Shown here: positions 39,815-53,839 of the stretch, piece by piece
Position numbering within the stretch: the stretch's first letter is position 1
Layout of the letters: each line of letters opens with the position of its first letter
Assembly (NCBI GenBank): GCA_951406725.2
Contig: OX597817.1
Coordinates: 42,160,001 to 42,224,000 of the forward strand
From: Octopus vulgaris
Lineage: Eukaryota
DNA: 64,000 nt
Reading direction: 5' to 3'
Position numbers and translations under genes: made by a program
The notes under the pieces: generated by a model
Databases searched by the model: none
Told to the model about the DNA's origin: nothing
Seen by the model: the letters and a program-made list of their open reading frames with translations, nothing else

Positions 39815-42451
39815 ATATATGTATATATATATATATATATATATAAGAATGGTAAATAATTTTCCTGTGAGAAAGCGCGCATGGCAGAATTTTGGAGGGA
39901 AAATTTACGTTCCCAGTCGCCACTTATTTTTTCTTTATTTTTTCTTTACTATATATATATATATATACACACACACTCACACAAACCCCACCACATATAT
40001 GTATGTACATATGCACGTGCATGTGTGCGTGTGTGTTTTGTACACTTCACCACTTGACAACTGGTGTTTGTTTGCATACCTGAAACTGAGCAGTTCAGCA
40101 AAAGAGACCAATAGAATAAGTACCAGACTTTAAATAGTGGGGGGTAATTGTTTGACAAGGCAGTGCTCCTGCATGACAATGAAAAGTAAAAGACAAAAAT
40201 ATATGGTAAATTAAAAGCCATTTTATGATAAGAATAAAAACAACATTTAATCGGAAAACATTTCCCAAATCTCTTAACTACAATCCACTCACCATAAAGA
40301 TAGATGACACAGAGGCATTACTAACTCTCATGGCATAAGCTTAAGTTTAAGCAAAACTAGATTCCAAAATGGAAAATGGCTAGCTAATAGAAGCTAATCC
40401 TTTGGCATTAATATAATAAATGCTGTACAGATGTTGCTGATAAGCTTCAGTCAGTTCAGCTTAAGAAAACCTAAGATACAAAGGCAGCTACCAAACAAAT
40501 AAAGCAATCAAACAGCTTCTGTGGCTATAGCCATTCGATCTATATTGTAGTTATATTGGCCTAGGATTGAAGACTGTCTTAAAGATGATGAAGAATTTAT
40601 TGACGGAGATTTGGCTGTTAAGTTGACCAGGTCAAGTGCCTACATGGAAGTTCCTTTATTGGCTGCCAGTATTTCCACGAGGCAAATTTAATATCCTGTT
40701 ACTGTGGTTGTTGTTGTTGTTTTGTTTTTTTTTAAAGTAAAACAGATAGCTTGAACACAAGATGAATTTCCCAAGAATGGAGAATTATCTGTTTCAATAA
40801 ATATCAGCAAATATTTCTAAATTAGCTGAAGATCAAATTCTAAAACCAAAGAAAGATAATACGAAACGATGTCATCAATATCAGAGAAATGAGTTTTGAC
40901 AGGATCCCGAGAAATTTGAGTTAATATCATGATAAGAAAACTACTTTATGCAAGAATGGTGCTTATAAATAAAAGTTGAATATAATAGATAAATGATTAG
41001 GGTTTCAAGTGAAAGATCTAAGGTTTGTATCCTGTCACCAGAACAGTGTTGTATCTTCAACAAAGACATTTCAAGCTATCCTTTATAAAATTAGCAATAC
41101 ACTGTCTTTGTAACAACCAAACTGTAAAGCAGCTGATACCATCAGGAGGTACAGTTTGCAGTTGCAGTAGCTGTTTGTTGTAATTTAATCCCTCAGTTCA
41201 AGACATATCATCAAAGACAATCTTGTGATGACCAACTTGTTCTATATATACATATATATATATATAAGTAGCTTGCTTACCTACCACATGATCCTGGGTT
41301 CAGTCCCACTGTGTGGAACCTTAGGCAAGTGTCTTTCTACTATAGCCTTGGGCCGACCAAATCCTTGTGAGTGGATTTGGCAGATGGAAACTAAAAGAAG
41401 CCCATCATATATGTGTATATATATGTGTGTGTGTGTGTGTGTGCATGCATATGTGTTTGTGTGTCTGTGTTTGTCCTCCCAACATCGCTTGACAACCATT
41501 GCTGGTATGTTTACATCCCTGTAACTTAGCAGTTCGGCAAAAGTGACAAATAGAATAAGTACTAGGCTTACAAAGAATAAGCTCTGGGGTCGATTTACTC
41601 GACTAAAGGTGGTGCCCCAGCACAACTACAAGTAAAAGAATAAAAGAATATATATATATATATACTTTTTTACTCTTTTGCTTATTTCAATGATTTGACT
41701 GTGGCCATGCTGAGGCACTGCCTTAACAGATCTTTTAGTCAGAGAAATCAACCCCAAGACTTTTTCTTTGTAAGCCTAGTACTTATGGTGTTGGTCTCTT
41801 TTGAAGAACTGCTAAGTTAAAGGGATGTAAACACACCGACATTGGTTGTCAAGTGATGATGGTGGGGGGCACAAACATAGACACAAAGACACACACTACA
41901 CTCTCAGAGTGGTTGGCATAAGGAAGGGCATCCAGCTGTAGAAACTTTGCCAGATTAGGTTGGAGCCTTGTGTAGCCATGACTACACATTATTATGTTTT
42001 TCCCTTTATGCTTTCATGTGTGACTTGTAATTCTTATTTTTGCCAAGAACTTTTTCTTGCATATTTGGCATTGAAACGACTGGAACATTCCTTTACATGT
42101 CAGCTTGTAAATTGATTGTTTTCTCATCAAATGTTTTTAGATGTTTTTTTCTTTTCCTCTTGCTTTGACTTTAGCACATCTTTTTAACATCTTTTTAACC
42201 TTTACGTTACAATATTTCTGTTGAAAAACACACACTTTGTTTTAATTAATTCTTAAAATAATTAAGAATTTAGTAAAATAACTTCATCATCATTAAGCCG
42301 GTGTTTGAAACTTAAATTAAAATGAAATTTTGATGAAAGATTTTAATTTCGATTACTTTAAAACAGGATGTTCATGTCATAGGACCAGAAGTGGTTGCAG
42401 ATAGGTTGATATCAAAAGGGTTAAATTACTTTGAGCTTTGGTGGTCTGTCT

Positions 42452-43277
42452 TTGGTCACGCTTCCTAATCTGTTTTGTAGTTGGCAAGTTCTTTCAGTGA
42501 GGTTTTGACAGAATCTTTAACCTTTTTGCATTCAGATTACTCTATTAAATGCAATGCTTGTTTATTCACATTGTTTTGAATTGATCACGTGATCCTGTTA
42601 CCATCCGGACTATTAGATGTTACACATCGTTGGTCACAATGCACTTTGCATTGTTTTAGTCTTCAAATAATGTCAACCCATTGATTAGGCGAGAAGGCCA
42701 ACATTACCCCCTGATAGAAATTGGGGACTGGAGCAATGTGAAATAAAATGTTTTGCTCAAGAACTGTCTGGAAATCAAACCCACAATTTAGCAATCATGA
42801 GGGCAGCAGCCAAACCACTAGGTCACACACCATTGTTTTTAATTAGTCATAATTACCACTAACTAGAATTTTTTAGAACTTTGTAATAAATAAACAAAAA
42901 AAAAAGAAAAATTAAATATGTGTGTTCTATGCATTTTTTGCTTTTTCCTTAATTTCAAATTCAAATTTATAATCTCAACATATATTATGAAGAAATGCTT
43001 ATCTCCCTCGTACTAAATGTCTGCAAGGGAACACCATGTGCTTCAAAGTCAGGAAATGATATTGAATACCTCCAAGGCAGTAAACGACAAAATAATGACA
43101 AATTATGACAAATTTAATTTTCAAAGCAGATTGGTCACGCTTCCTAATCTGTTTTGTAGTTGAAAAATTCTTTCAATGAGGTTTTCACAGAATCTTTAAC
43201 TTTTTAGCATTCAGATTATTCTGTTAAATGAAATGCTTGTTTTCTCATATTGTTTCGAATTGATCACGTGATCCTGT
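42452..43277 (+). repeat. ~146-bp local direct duplication (42452-42598 and 43131-43277)
   Basis: ttggtcacgcttcctaatctgttttgtagttg...gaattgatcacgtgatcctgt occurs twice. Confidence 0.9.
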
Positions 43278-44004
43278 GACGAACCAGACTCTCATGCTGG
43301 TGGCACATAAGAAACACCATTCAAACATGGTTTATGTCAGTGCTGCCTGACTGATCACCATGCCAGTGGCACATAAAAAGTATGCACTACACTCTCGGAG
43401 TGCGTGGCATTAGGAAGAACATCCAGCTGTAAAAACCTTGTCAGATCAGATTGGGGCCTGGTGCAGCCTCCTGGCTTGCCAGTCCTCAGTCAAACCATCC
43501 AATGCATGTCAGCATGGAAAGCAGATGTTAAACGAGGATGACAATGATGGGGATGAGGATGATGATGATGATGATGATGATGACGACGACGACGACTAGG
43601 ACGATGACAACGATGATGATGATGATTGAAGCCTTTTGGTATGGTGAAATTTCTAATTAATTCTGTACATTATTTGAATGTCAAGACCACTGTCTAAGAA
43701 AGCATCAATAAATATCCCAATGGATGAAAGATTGGCTAATTTGGAGGATAATGCACAGCACCATGGGGTACCTTAAAAGCAGCTGATTAGTCATGCCATT
43801 CTCTGTAACACAGACCATCATGCCAGCACTAAAACTCTTAATGAGCTTAATGAATTTATCGTGTCAAACACATTTAATTATATTTATTATTCTTTGTTAA
43901 TTAGATCAAATGCTCTTGTCAAGAAGATAAATGTGATGTACAAATCATAATTTTACTCAAGGCATTTTCTCATTGTTTAGTAACCATAGAATATCATATC
44001 TACT

Positions 44005-44254
44005 TTATTTACATTATTTACATTCGACAGATATTTGTCCTCATCTTGTTTGATGTTAATACAACATTTTGGCTGATATACCCTCCATCCTTTATCAGGT
44101 GTCTTGGGGAAATTTCAAACGTGGGTTCTCATTCCTAAGGTATTTTTCGATGTTGTTATTATTACTATTCAGGTCACTGCCTGGAATTGAAATTGGAATC
44201 TAGGAGTTAGTAGCCCGCACTCTTAACCACTATGCTTTGAATAATAATGATAAC

Positions 44255-44304
<50 letters not shown>

Positions 44305-44486
44305 CAACACCGAAAAATACCTTAGGAATGAGAACCCAGGTTCGAAATTTCCCCAAGACATCTGATGAAGGCTGGAGGGTATATCAGCTGAAACGTTGAG
44401 TTAACAAACAAGATGAGGACAAATATTTGTCAAATGTAAATAAGGTAAATAATGTACATAATTCCTCATCTCTTAAATATAGAATT
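44005..44486. mobile_element. tRNA-headed, hammerhead-bearing fold-back element (family P-G) with 14-bp TSD
   Basis: TSD atatcatatctact at 43991-44004 and 44487-44500; minus copy 44235->44005 starts with A/B-box-like head; plus copy 44238-44486 lacks the head but has the full tail. Confidence 0.88.
44356..44402 (+). ncRNA. Minimal type-I hammerhead motif (partly mutated)
   Basis: gacau-CUGAUGA-a-GGCUG(gagggtatat)CAGCU-GAAA-CG-UU|gaguu; two-copy consensus gives stem I GACAC/GUGUU and palindromic AACGUU. Confidence 0.7.
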
Positions 44487-45599
44487 ATATCATATCTACT
44501 GTCTCATGTTCACTAAAGAACATAAATTAACTTTCATCCAGATCTGTTTGATGATGTTGATTAAGTAGTTAAGCACCATAAACTGAAATCTACCTACTGA
44601 TAAAAGTGAAATACCACTTTGATGGTCACCAATATACCTATAACTATTACATTTGTGAAACTGAATGATGGAGTCACTCCAAGGAACTTGAAGAACCTCT
44701 AACTTTTCTCATTTCAATTTAAACAATTCCATTAGATTATTAGTTGGGATGAAGTTGCTTGTATTGGCAATTATATTTGGCATCTGCACTTGGGATGTTT
44801 TTTCTTAGTTTGAAAATTGCTTAATTACATTGATGACTTCTGGTGAGTAGGGTGGATCATTCAGCTCTCTGTTGGTATCTGCTTGAAGTAATCTAAGAAC
44901 CAACTTCCGTTTTTATGGAGGACGGTCTTTTGAGAGCAATTTAAACATGATCTGTCCAGTGATTCAGAATTTAAGACATTTCACAGCAGTTTAACAAAAA
45001 ATGGTAATTCCAAAGTGTAAAAACTATATAATTCTATCAAAGCATCACAAAAATTAAGTGACCTTTCTGTTTCCATATCCTCGGATTTCTTTAGCTCTTA
45101 TGTTAATCTACTCACTCATCCTGCAGTTTCTGAAGTCCAAACTGGACCTAGACTACATTTTCTTTAAGCTATTTTCTCTTCAATTTTGACTGTAATTTTT
45201 TTTGTATAAAAACAGTTAAAAGGACATACATACATTTGCTTGCCATGTAGGTTGATGGAATTTGTTTTTACACAGTGGTCTCAAGGGTAATTTTTAAGCA
45301 ACATCTCTCAATAAAGTACACTTGTTATTGAATTTTTTTTGTTTTTGTTTTTAAATTAAGAATTTAGTTTTCTAGAAGTCTTTCAAAGAAGATTTAATTA
45401 TTCCATTGTTTTTTTAATTCCTGAAATATTTAATCTTCCTCCAGACTTAGTAAATTGGCATGTCTGTTTAAAATGAAACTTGGGTTTGGAGTTGATTTTA
45501 CTCTTTGCAAAGATTTTTGCCATATCCTGAACATTTCTCTTAGTAAGTAGAAAAGATCAATTGATGACACTTTATGTTCCAATAAGTTGCAAAGGTAAG

Positions 45600-46264
45600 A
45601 GCTTAAGGTTTACATGAATAATGTCTCTCAAAGGGAAATCTTATTTAGTTCTGTGAGATGTCAAAAGGCTTCACCATTTTAGTGAGATTAATCTAATGAG
45701 AAATTTGAATGCATCTAAACGTCATGATAATTTGGCTTAGAAGCATTCTTGGTAGTTATGGCAGTGGCAACATTAACTCAAAAGGTTTCTTGCTCCTTTC
45801 CTTATTTAGAGAGTTTGATTATTCCAAGAACAGATACAAAATCAGTTGTAGACATCTAAGGTCACGTTATTTACATCTTCTTCATTCATTATGTGATTTC
45901 TCATCACTGTTGTCATTCTGATGTGAAACTCATTCAATCTTACAAGGCAAAGAAAAGTTGGTTCGATTACTCAGTATTGGTATGAAGATGGTAGCACTAG
46001 TAAGACGCAATCAGAAAGCAATACCATGGGTTGTGAATAAAAATTTACTCTTTTACTTGTTTCAGTTATTTGGCTGTGGCCATGCTGGAGCACCGCCTTT
46101 AGTCAAGCAAATCGACCCCAGGACTTATTCTTTGTAAGCCTAGTACTTATTCTATCGGTGAATTTTGCCGAACTGCTAAGTTACAGGGACGTAAACACAC
46201 CAGCATCAGTTGTCAAGCGATTTGGGGGGAACAAACATAGACACACCAACATACACACACACAC

Positions 46265-46315
<51 letters not shown>

Positions 46316-47720
46316 TACGACGGGCTTCTTTCAGTTTCCATCTACCAAATCCACTCGCAAGGCTTTGGTTGGCCCGAGGCTATAGTAGAAGACACTTGCC
46401 CAAGGTGCTACACAGTGAACCTGGAACCATGTGGTTGGTAAGCCAGCTACTTACCACACAGCTACTCCTGCACCTACATTGATGATTTTTCAATATAATG
46501 TTGAATTATGTCTCCAAGTAATATATAAACCTTCAAAAGAAATTTTAGACTTTGTCCTTCATAAAATAAGGATTGGTTTGAAGAAAATAGCTTTGAGGTA
46601 CAACCAGCTTTTGAGAATAGGCAAAGCTTGTATTACTTCTGGATAGGAAATATAAATTCTTTTGCCTAGTCTGCTATAACTAACATACAGGTAAAACTTA
46701 AGTGAATAAAATAAAATTGGTCTTCAAGGGACAACTAATAGACAAGATGTTAAATCATTCTAAAACACCTTAAATGCTTAAAAGGTGTATCTGGGCTTTC
46801 AGCCAATGAAAGTTTTCCTGGAGATAATCGCTTCAGTAACAGTAGTAATATTTTAAAACTAGAGGCAGAACATTTTAACAATGTTTTAAATAGAGAATTG
46901 AAGGTTGTTAAGTCAGTAATTAACAAATTACACCAGAGGCCAGTAACAGATTCTCTTGTATCCATTCCAATTTTGGCAGAGATAAAATCAATCATAAAGT
47001 AACTTGTAAATAGCCAGTCTCCTGGTTATAATGGCATTCTGCTTGCAGCATGCTCATTAGTAAGCTAACAGAATTTTTAACTTTATTGAGGCAGTAATGT
47101 TCTGTACTGCAGTAGTTTACAGAGGCTTTGTTCTTTTGTACAAACACAAAGGCAGGAGGTGTCGATATGAAAATCACAGAGGTATCTTTCTGTTTTCTAT
47201 TGCAGCGAAAATTATTCCACATCATCTTAGATTATTTAAATTCCAGTTTTATTGACTGTATATCCCAAAGGTGAGTGTGGATTTAGGCCTGGCCAAATAA
47301 CAATAGACATGATTTCTCAGCCATGATCATTTGCTGTAAAAGGTTAGCGAATAAACCAAAGAGTTCTATGTGATCTTTCTTGACCTCATCAAGCTTTTAG
47401 AATGTTCAGGTTAACTTGAGCATTCCTTGAAATGTTTAAATGTCTAAATGTCATCTCCATCCATGAAGGAACAAAAGAATCATTGCAACCAAATGCAGAA
47501 TAGTTTAACTATTTTGACATGAACTATGAATCCGAGCAAAGGGACTTTGCTTCTGTTCTGTTTGCTATATTATTTTCTCTCATACTTAATCTGTTTAAGA
47601 AGTGCATTTGTTTAACTTTGAACTACAGGGGAAGTTTACAATCAGCAACACTTTATGGCAAGAAGCTAAATCAATGCTTCAACGGATGTGAGATCAATTT
47701 ATTAACATTTGAACTTGTAA
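45600..47720 (+). mobile_element. Highly decayed RTE LINE (APE endonuclease, linker, RT), split by a SINE-B at 46045-46475
   Basis: GSYGSGNINSKGFLLLSL..KISCRHLRSR (EN); AEHFNNVLNR..SPGYNGI; LYKHKG..NHRGIFLFSIAAKI; ECGFRPG; VIFLDL. Confidence 0.82.
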
Positions 47721-48728
47721 CAACATTATTTTAACTGCCAAATCATGTGTTGTTTTTCGCCTCTTCACCCTGTTTCACTTTGCAAACCAGCCTGAGACAC
47801 TGCATATGAGTAGAATCTAGTTTGGAATGCATGATTCGGCGATGTGGAGGAGAACTGTAGCAGAAACAGCTTTGTAGACATTAATCTTTGTTCTCAAAAG
47901 AGACATCGTGAGAATTTCATAACATCTTTATTTTGACAATCCTCGCTCATTTCCAAATAATATATTTTCCTTATAGTCAGAGATGTTTTCATGGGAAATC
48001 AGAAACAAAAAACACTGCTTGTATAGCAACAACACTCGTTTACAACTATCTGGTGATGCCAACACAAGGAGAAACTTACACCTCACAACTCACCACCACT
48101 ACCTATAGATATGACAGGCTTCTGTTACTTCCCTCATCCAAATCCACTTCCAAGGTTTTGCTTAACCCAAGGCTATGTTAGAAAACACTTGCCCAAGGTA
48201 CCATGAAGGGGAACTGAACCTAATATCTCATGGTTGGGAAGTGAATAATTCAACCACACAGCCATGGCTGTACCTGAGCAGCTGCATAAAGTAGTGCCAA
48301 GTACTAATTGTGGAGGGAAACAGTGGAAGGGGTTGACCCTGGACGATGGTGAGAAAGGATCTTCAGGTGCTGGGCCTCACTGAGAAAACAATAAGAGACT
48401 GGGAGTTGTACTGATTTGCTGTACTCAGGAGGATGCATTAAACCAAGTAACATCATTGTCATCCATACATACAGGCTTGTCCTTTACAGGTGCCAGTGCC
48501 ACAGAAAATGAACTCGTGCCAGTTTTGTATAAACATACCTCTGCCGGTGGCACATAAAAAATGCCCAGTGCACTATAAAGTGGTTGGCATTAGGAAGGGC
48601 CTCCAGCTGTAGAAACCACAGCACATAAGACAATTTGGAATCTGAACAACTCCCCAGCTGGCCAGCTCCTGTCAAACCATCCAACCCATGCTAGCATGGA
48701 AAATGGACATTAAACAATGATGATGATG

Positions 48729-48760
<32 letters not shown>

Positions 48761-48769
<9 letters not shown>

Positions 48770-49212
48770 TAGTGTACATTTAAATACATAAGAGGCATTC
48801 ATCATAGGACTCCTTGCACGCTAGAGAACAGTTAAATTCCAAACAACTATTAGGGGTAAAATTTCGAAGGGAATGAAAAATATATATATTTAATCTAAAG
48901 TGTACCTGCTGAAGAAGACTTCGCCTAGCAAATTATTTTTTTGCTAAAAAAAAGTCTGAAACCATTGGTCCAGGAGTTAGATGATAAATATTTTTATCTT
49001 TCATTCCCTTCGAAATTTTATCCCTAATAGTGGTTTGCAATTTAACTGTTCTCTCTAGCGTGCAAGGAGTCCTATGATGGATGCCTCTTATGTGTTTAAA
49101 TGTACACTGTATTTATATGAATAATATATAGTCTATTGACTAAATTTTTACACACTAGGCCACTGGTAATGGAAATTTCTAATATTTCTGATTACCCTTT
49201 GATATTATTAAT
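48761..49212 (+). mobile_element. Fold-back family P-E: arms 48761-48878 / 48999-49118, hammerhead in the spacer, tail to (TA)n
   Basis: ~118-bp inverted arms with a few substitutions; (TA)n on both sides. Confidence 0.86.
48905..48974 (+). ncRNA. Type-I hammerhead ribozyme, intact core
   Basis: CCUG-CUGAAGA-AGACUU..UAGCAAA(loop)UUUGCUA..AAGUCU-GAAA-CC-auu-GG-UC|CAGG; predicted GUC cleavage after 48970. Confidence 0.88.
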
Positions 49213-49540
49213 TATATATATATATTGTAAGGCAAACATTGAATTGATAGTTAGAGAGTTACTTTAAGGTTGCATCTACGTTGCTTTCATCAGACAACCA
49301 TCTGATTAAGGTTATGCCAAAACTTTGAAGTAGCTATGAGCCTTTTCCTCATAAAAATAAATAAATATGTTTCTCTAATGAAAGATATTGAGTGATTCAT
49401 CAGTTTAATGCTTAGCTGTTATTGTATATAACTACATATAAAAACAAGTACCAATTCATATATACACATATATGATAGATAGATATACTATAGACATATG
49501 CTTGTATATTTATATGTATATATACATGCTCACAGATATG

Positions 49541-49583
<43 letters not shown>

Positions 49584-50569
49584 TTGCATGAAGATTTATG
49601 CATATGTATTTGTGTATCTCCTTATAGAAACATAGATATACATACATATACTATATAAACACAATAAGCAGAAGCTAAGCATAACATACATGCAATGAAA
49701 ATATTCATAAAGATAAAAAGAGAGAAAAAAGATATGTAATGCACATACACACATATTATATACGAGATCTAAGATACAATTATTTATTGTTTTTACTTAT
49801 CTTTTTAGGAGTTATACTTAGACCCTTAAACCTATAGTGGAGGGATAAAATTCAGCATATGAACCATCAACATTTACTATAAAAATTGATAGTATATTTT
49901 TATTTTATCTTTGAAACATATTCCTGTCCTTATTTTTGATCAAAGAATGCTAATAGGTTGTCTACCCCATTTCTAAATGTAGACATAAACCCTCATTTTT
50001 TCTTTATTTTTCTTGGTGGTAATATTTTTGGATTTTTTTTGTGTTTTATTTTGGTATTATTTTTTCATTGTTTAAATCGGCATTTATTTAGTTTTATATT
50101 TTATCTATGTAATTATGTTCTAAAAAAAAATTTTTTTTTTAATATATATCAAAGTGATAAATGTTAAGATTAGTGTAAATTGATTTTTTCCAGCAAAGTA
50201 ACTAACCCTTACACATATTCTGTGAACTGACTGTAACAAAGAGAGTTTCACTGATGCCAATAAACATAAGTTTAAGAATATATTCTGACTATGATTTTGA
50301 ATCCCATTTACAGAGAACTTTAAAATGAAAATAAAAAAATAAAAGAATATATAAGCAAATGGTGTTATCTTTGGAACAAACCATGATCTTTATGGTTGGT
50401 TAAATCTAGAAAACAAACAGAAAAAATTGCTATGTGAAGAAAGCAACTAACCAAAAAATATAACAATAAATTATAGATAAGCTAACTTGATAAAAGGACC
50501 GAAACAGAATTTTAAATATGTGATTATGCATTAGGCTCTTGTGTTTACTGTTGTTTTTATTGTAGTGTG

Positions 50570-50684
50570 GTTGGTGTGTGTATACGTGTGTATGTACACA
50601 CACATATATTAACATGCATATACATAATACCTATATATATATGTGTGTGTGTGTGTACATATGTGCATGTGTGTGTATGAATGT

Positions 50685-50719
<35 letters not shown>

Positions 50720-51089
50720 TATGTGTGTATGTGTATGTATATATGTATGTATGTATATATATATATGCATATATGCATGTGTTTATATATATATGTGTAT
50801 ATATATATATATATACACACACACACATGCATACACATACATATATTCATATATACATACATATACATAAATATGTATGTGCATGTATATATATATATAT
50901 ATATACACACATATATATATATATATACACACATATATATATACATACCCATACATACATTCATGTATATACATACATATACATAAATATATATCTGCAT
51001 GTGTATGTGTGTATGTATATATATGTATGCATGTATGTATGTGTGTATGTTTGTATGTATGTATGTATGTATGTATGTATGTATGTACG

Positions 51090-51145
<56 letters not shown>

Positions 51146-51230
51146 CATATACATATATATACATACATATACATACATATACATATATATAGATAGATAT
51201 TTACTCATTCACACACATATATATGTGAAG
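50570..51230. repeat. (TA/TG/TATG)n compound microsatellite
   Basis: Direct inspection. Confidence 0.96.
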
Positions 51231-51449
51231 TGACTGACTTTGACTCAATACTCCAGTGCTTTACCAAGACACTTTCTATGGAGGAATAAATATAGTCAAT
51301 GTTAGTTATAGCTGCACCGAAGATCTTGCTATTTTCATTTGAAAGATTCATGGAAGAAATTATACAAACACTAATGCCAACAACAATGCAATCACAAACA
51401 GGTGTGAACCTTACTCTTCGTCTTTCTCTCTCAATATATCATCATCATT

Positions 51450-51492
<43 letters not shown>

Positions 51493-52559
51493 CATTTGAC
51501 AGCAGCATTCAACATCTGTTTTCCATGCTGGCATGGGTTAGATCAGTAGTTCCCAAAGTGGGCAGTCCTACCCTCTTGTGGGTAATAGAAAGATCCTTTG
51601 GGGTGGGCATTGAAGAAAAATGAGGCAATAATGGTGTGGCCACAAAGGGGCAATGGATGTAAAAAAAAATAATAATGGTCTAATTAGGTTAAGTTTTGTG
51701 TGTCTCTTTTACTCTTTTACTTGTTTCAGTCATTTGACTGTGGCCATGCTGGAGCACCACCTTTAGTTGAGCAAATCGACCCCAGGACTTATTCTTTGTA
51801 AGGCTAGTACTTATTCCATCAGTCTCTTTTGCCAAACCACTAAGTTACAGGGTCGTAAACACACCAGCATCAGTTGTCAAGTGATGTTAGGGGAACAAAC
51901 ACAGACACACAAACATATACATACATATATATATACATATATACGACGGGCTTCTTTCAGTTTCCATCTACCAAATCCTCTCACAAGGCTTTGGTCAGCC
52001 CAAGGTTATAGTAGAAAGACACTTGCCCAAGGTGCCACACTGTGGGATTGAACCCGAACCATGTGGTTGGGTAGCAAGCTACTTACCACACAGCCACTCC
52101 TGCGCCAATACAGTTGTTTTGAATTTGCTTCAGAAAGTGGTCTCTGTTTATGGTGGTATATATATATAAATATATATTATGTGGATATATATGTATGTGT
52201 GTGTGTGAGTTATGAATGTATTAATGCTATTGTCATCCTCATCATCATCACAAACACACAAATACACACACACACACATACTCATATGCATATGTATATA
52301 TATATATATATATATATGTACACACATATGAGAGAAAGAGAGAGACAGAGAGAAAGCTGACTCTCATACAATCTCTGTCTACCGAAATTCACTCGCAAGA
52401 TATCAGTCCGACGGAAGCTATCAAAGAAGACACACTTTAAAGTGCTGCTTCCTGTAATAGAACCAAGAACCACATCATTGCAAAGCAAACATCTTGATAG
52501 CACTGTCATGTCTTACATCCATAGAATGTCTGTAATTTTATTTTGAGGGATTGACCAAG

Positions 52560-52960
52560 CATTTCAGATCAGAGAACCTATAACATCCTGGTTAGATGTT
52601 AAATCTTTATCCATTCTTCTTTGTACATCATTACATCAGACAGTCTAGCAATATCCTTCCAATGTCATTACTACGTAATAGGTTATTTCATACACAGTTT
52701 ATTACTTGTTCATGTAACATTCACATTTTTTGTTTTATTTATATTCAGTAGAATAGCAAGAGTTACAGAAGCTTTCTTTCATTTTTTCCAAAGTAATTTT
52801 CCTTGAAGTGATGCAACCTTTGACATTTATTGCATTTCTTAATAAAATATCGATCATCGCATTTAAACTGATGTAAACTCAGCCAACCAATCCCTGGTTC
52901 TGTTTATTTCTTCTGATGTTTTTATGACAGCAAGAAATACATTTGTAAGTTTGTAGCAAA
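52560..52960 (-). mobile_element. Decayed LINE ORF1 (gag-like zinc knuckle) fragment
   Basis: Minus strand DDRYFIKKCNKCQRLHHFKEN followed by further CxxC remnants. Confidence 0.5.
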
Positions 52961-53344
52961 AAAAAATAATAAACCTTTAAATTTTTCCTTATTGGAGTGA
53001 ATTTCTGGGTTCTTTGACTGAATTTTGCCTTACCATTCCTGACAACAGTCTTTTGTATTTATTTTTTGTTTTGTATTTTTCTTGCCCCACCCCCTCCCCA
53101 CTCTATCCCCCGAATTAAGACTGCTGTATGGAGAAACAGTTTCTTTGAAACGACTCTCTTTGTCCTCCAGCAGTACAAAGAAGTATGATGTTGATTGGTA
53201 ACTTTGTTAGTAAACCATTTGATTGGCATTATTTAGTCTGTTGACCTTGCAAAAAAATGAAAGACAAAGTCAGCTCAAACTGAGGAGCTGGTTTTCTGCC
53301 ACTTCTACTCAGGTGATTTTAAGGAAATTTAGATGGAGTAACTG

Positions 53345-53380
<36 letters not shown>

Positions 53381-53386
<6 letters not shown>

Positions 53387-53520
53387 ATAACTCTAAGAAT
53401 ATCTGAAGAAGAAATATTATTCTGAAATATCACATCAGACTATGGGTGACTAAATTACAACAGGTATGTAGCCCAATGTCTGTATTATAGTACATTGTTG
53501 TACCTTTCAAAAATTTTTAT
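53381..53520 (+). mobile_element. (TA)n-embedded remnant with a degenerate minimal hammerhead (53403-53431)
   Basis: CUGAAGA-AGAA(auauua)UUCU-GAAA-UA-UC; stem I poorly paired. Confidence 0.5.
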
Positions 53521-53539
53521 TATATATACACTTAGATAC

Positions 53540-53839
53540 CTGCAAATATTTTATATATACATAATTTATTATATACATAATTATAACAAGGGCTTGGCTT
53601 GCGCCTCACCACGCACTGAAAAAAATAGATGTCAAAAGACACTATTACTGAGAATGTTATTCTTGGAGAATTTATGGTGTTAATAGTGTCTTTTGATGTC
53701 TATTTTTTCGTTGCATGGTAAGGTACAAGCCGAGCCCCTGTTATAATTATGTATATAATTATAAAATATTTGTAAGATTTATCTATGGGGCTTTTATTTC
53801 TGCGCTGACCAATGATTTTTACCCTTTATTATTATAATT
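53540..53839 (+). mobile_element. Fold-back family P-F with 10-bp TSD
   Basis: Arms ~53540-53647 / 53681-53776; tail to 53839; TSD acttagatac at 53530-53539 and 53840-53849. Confidence 0.8.
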
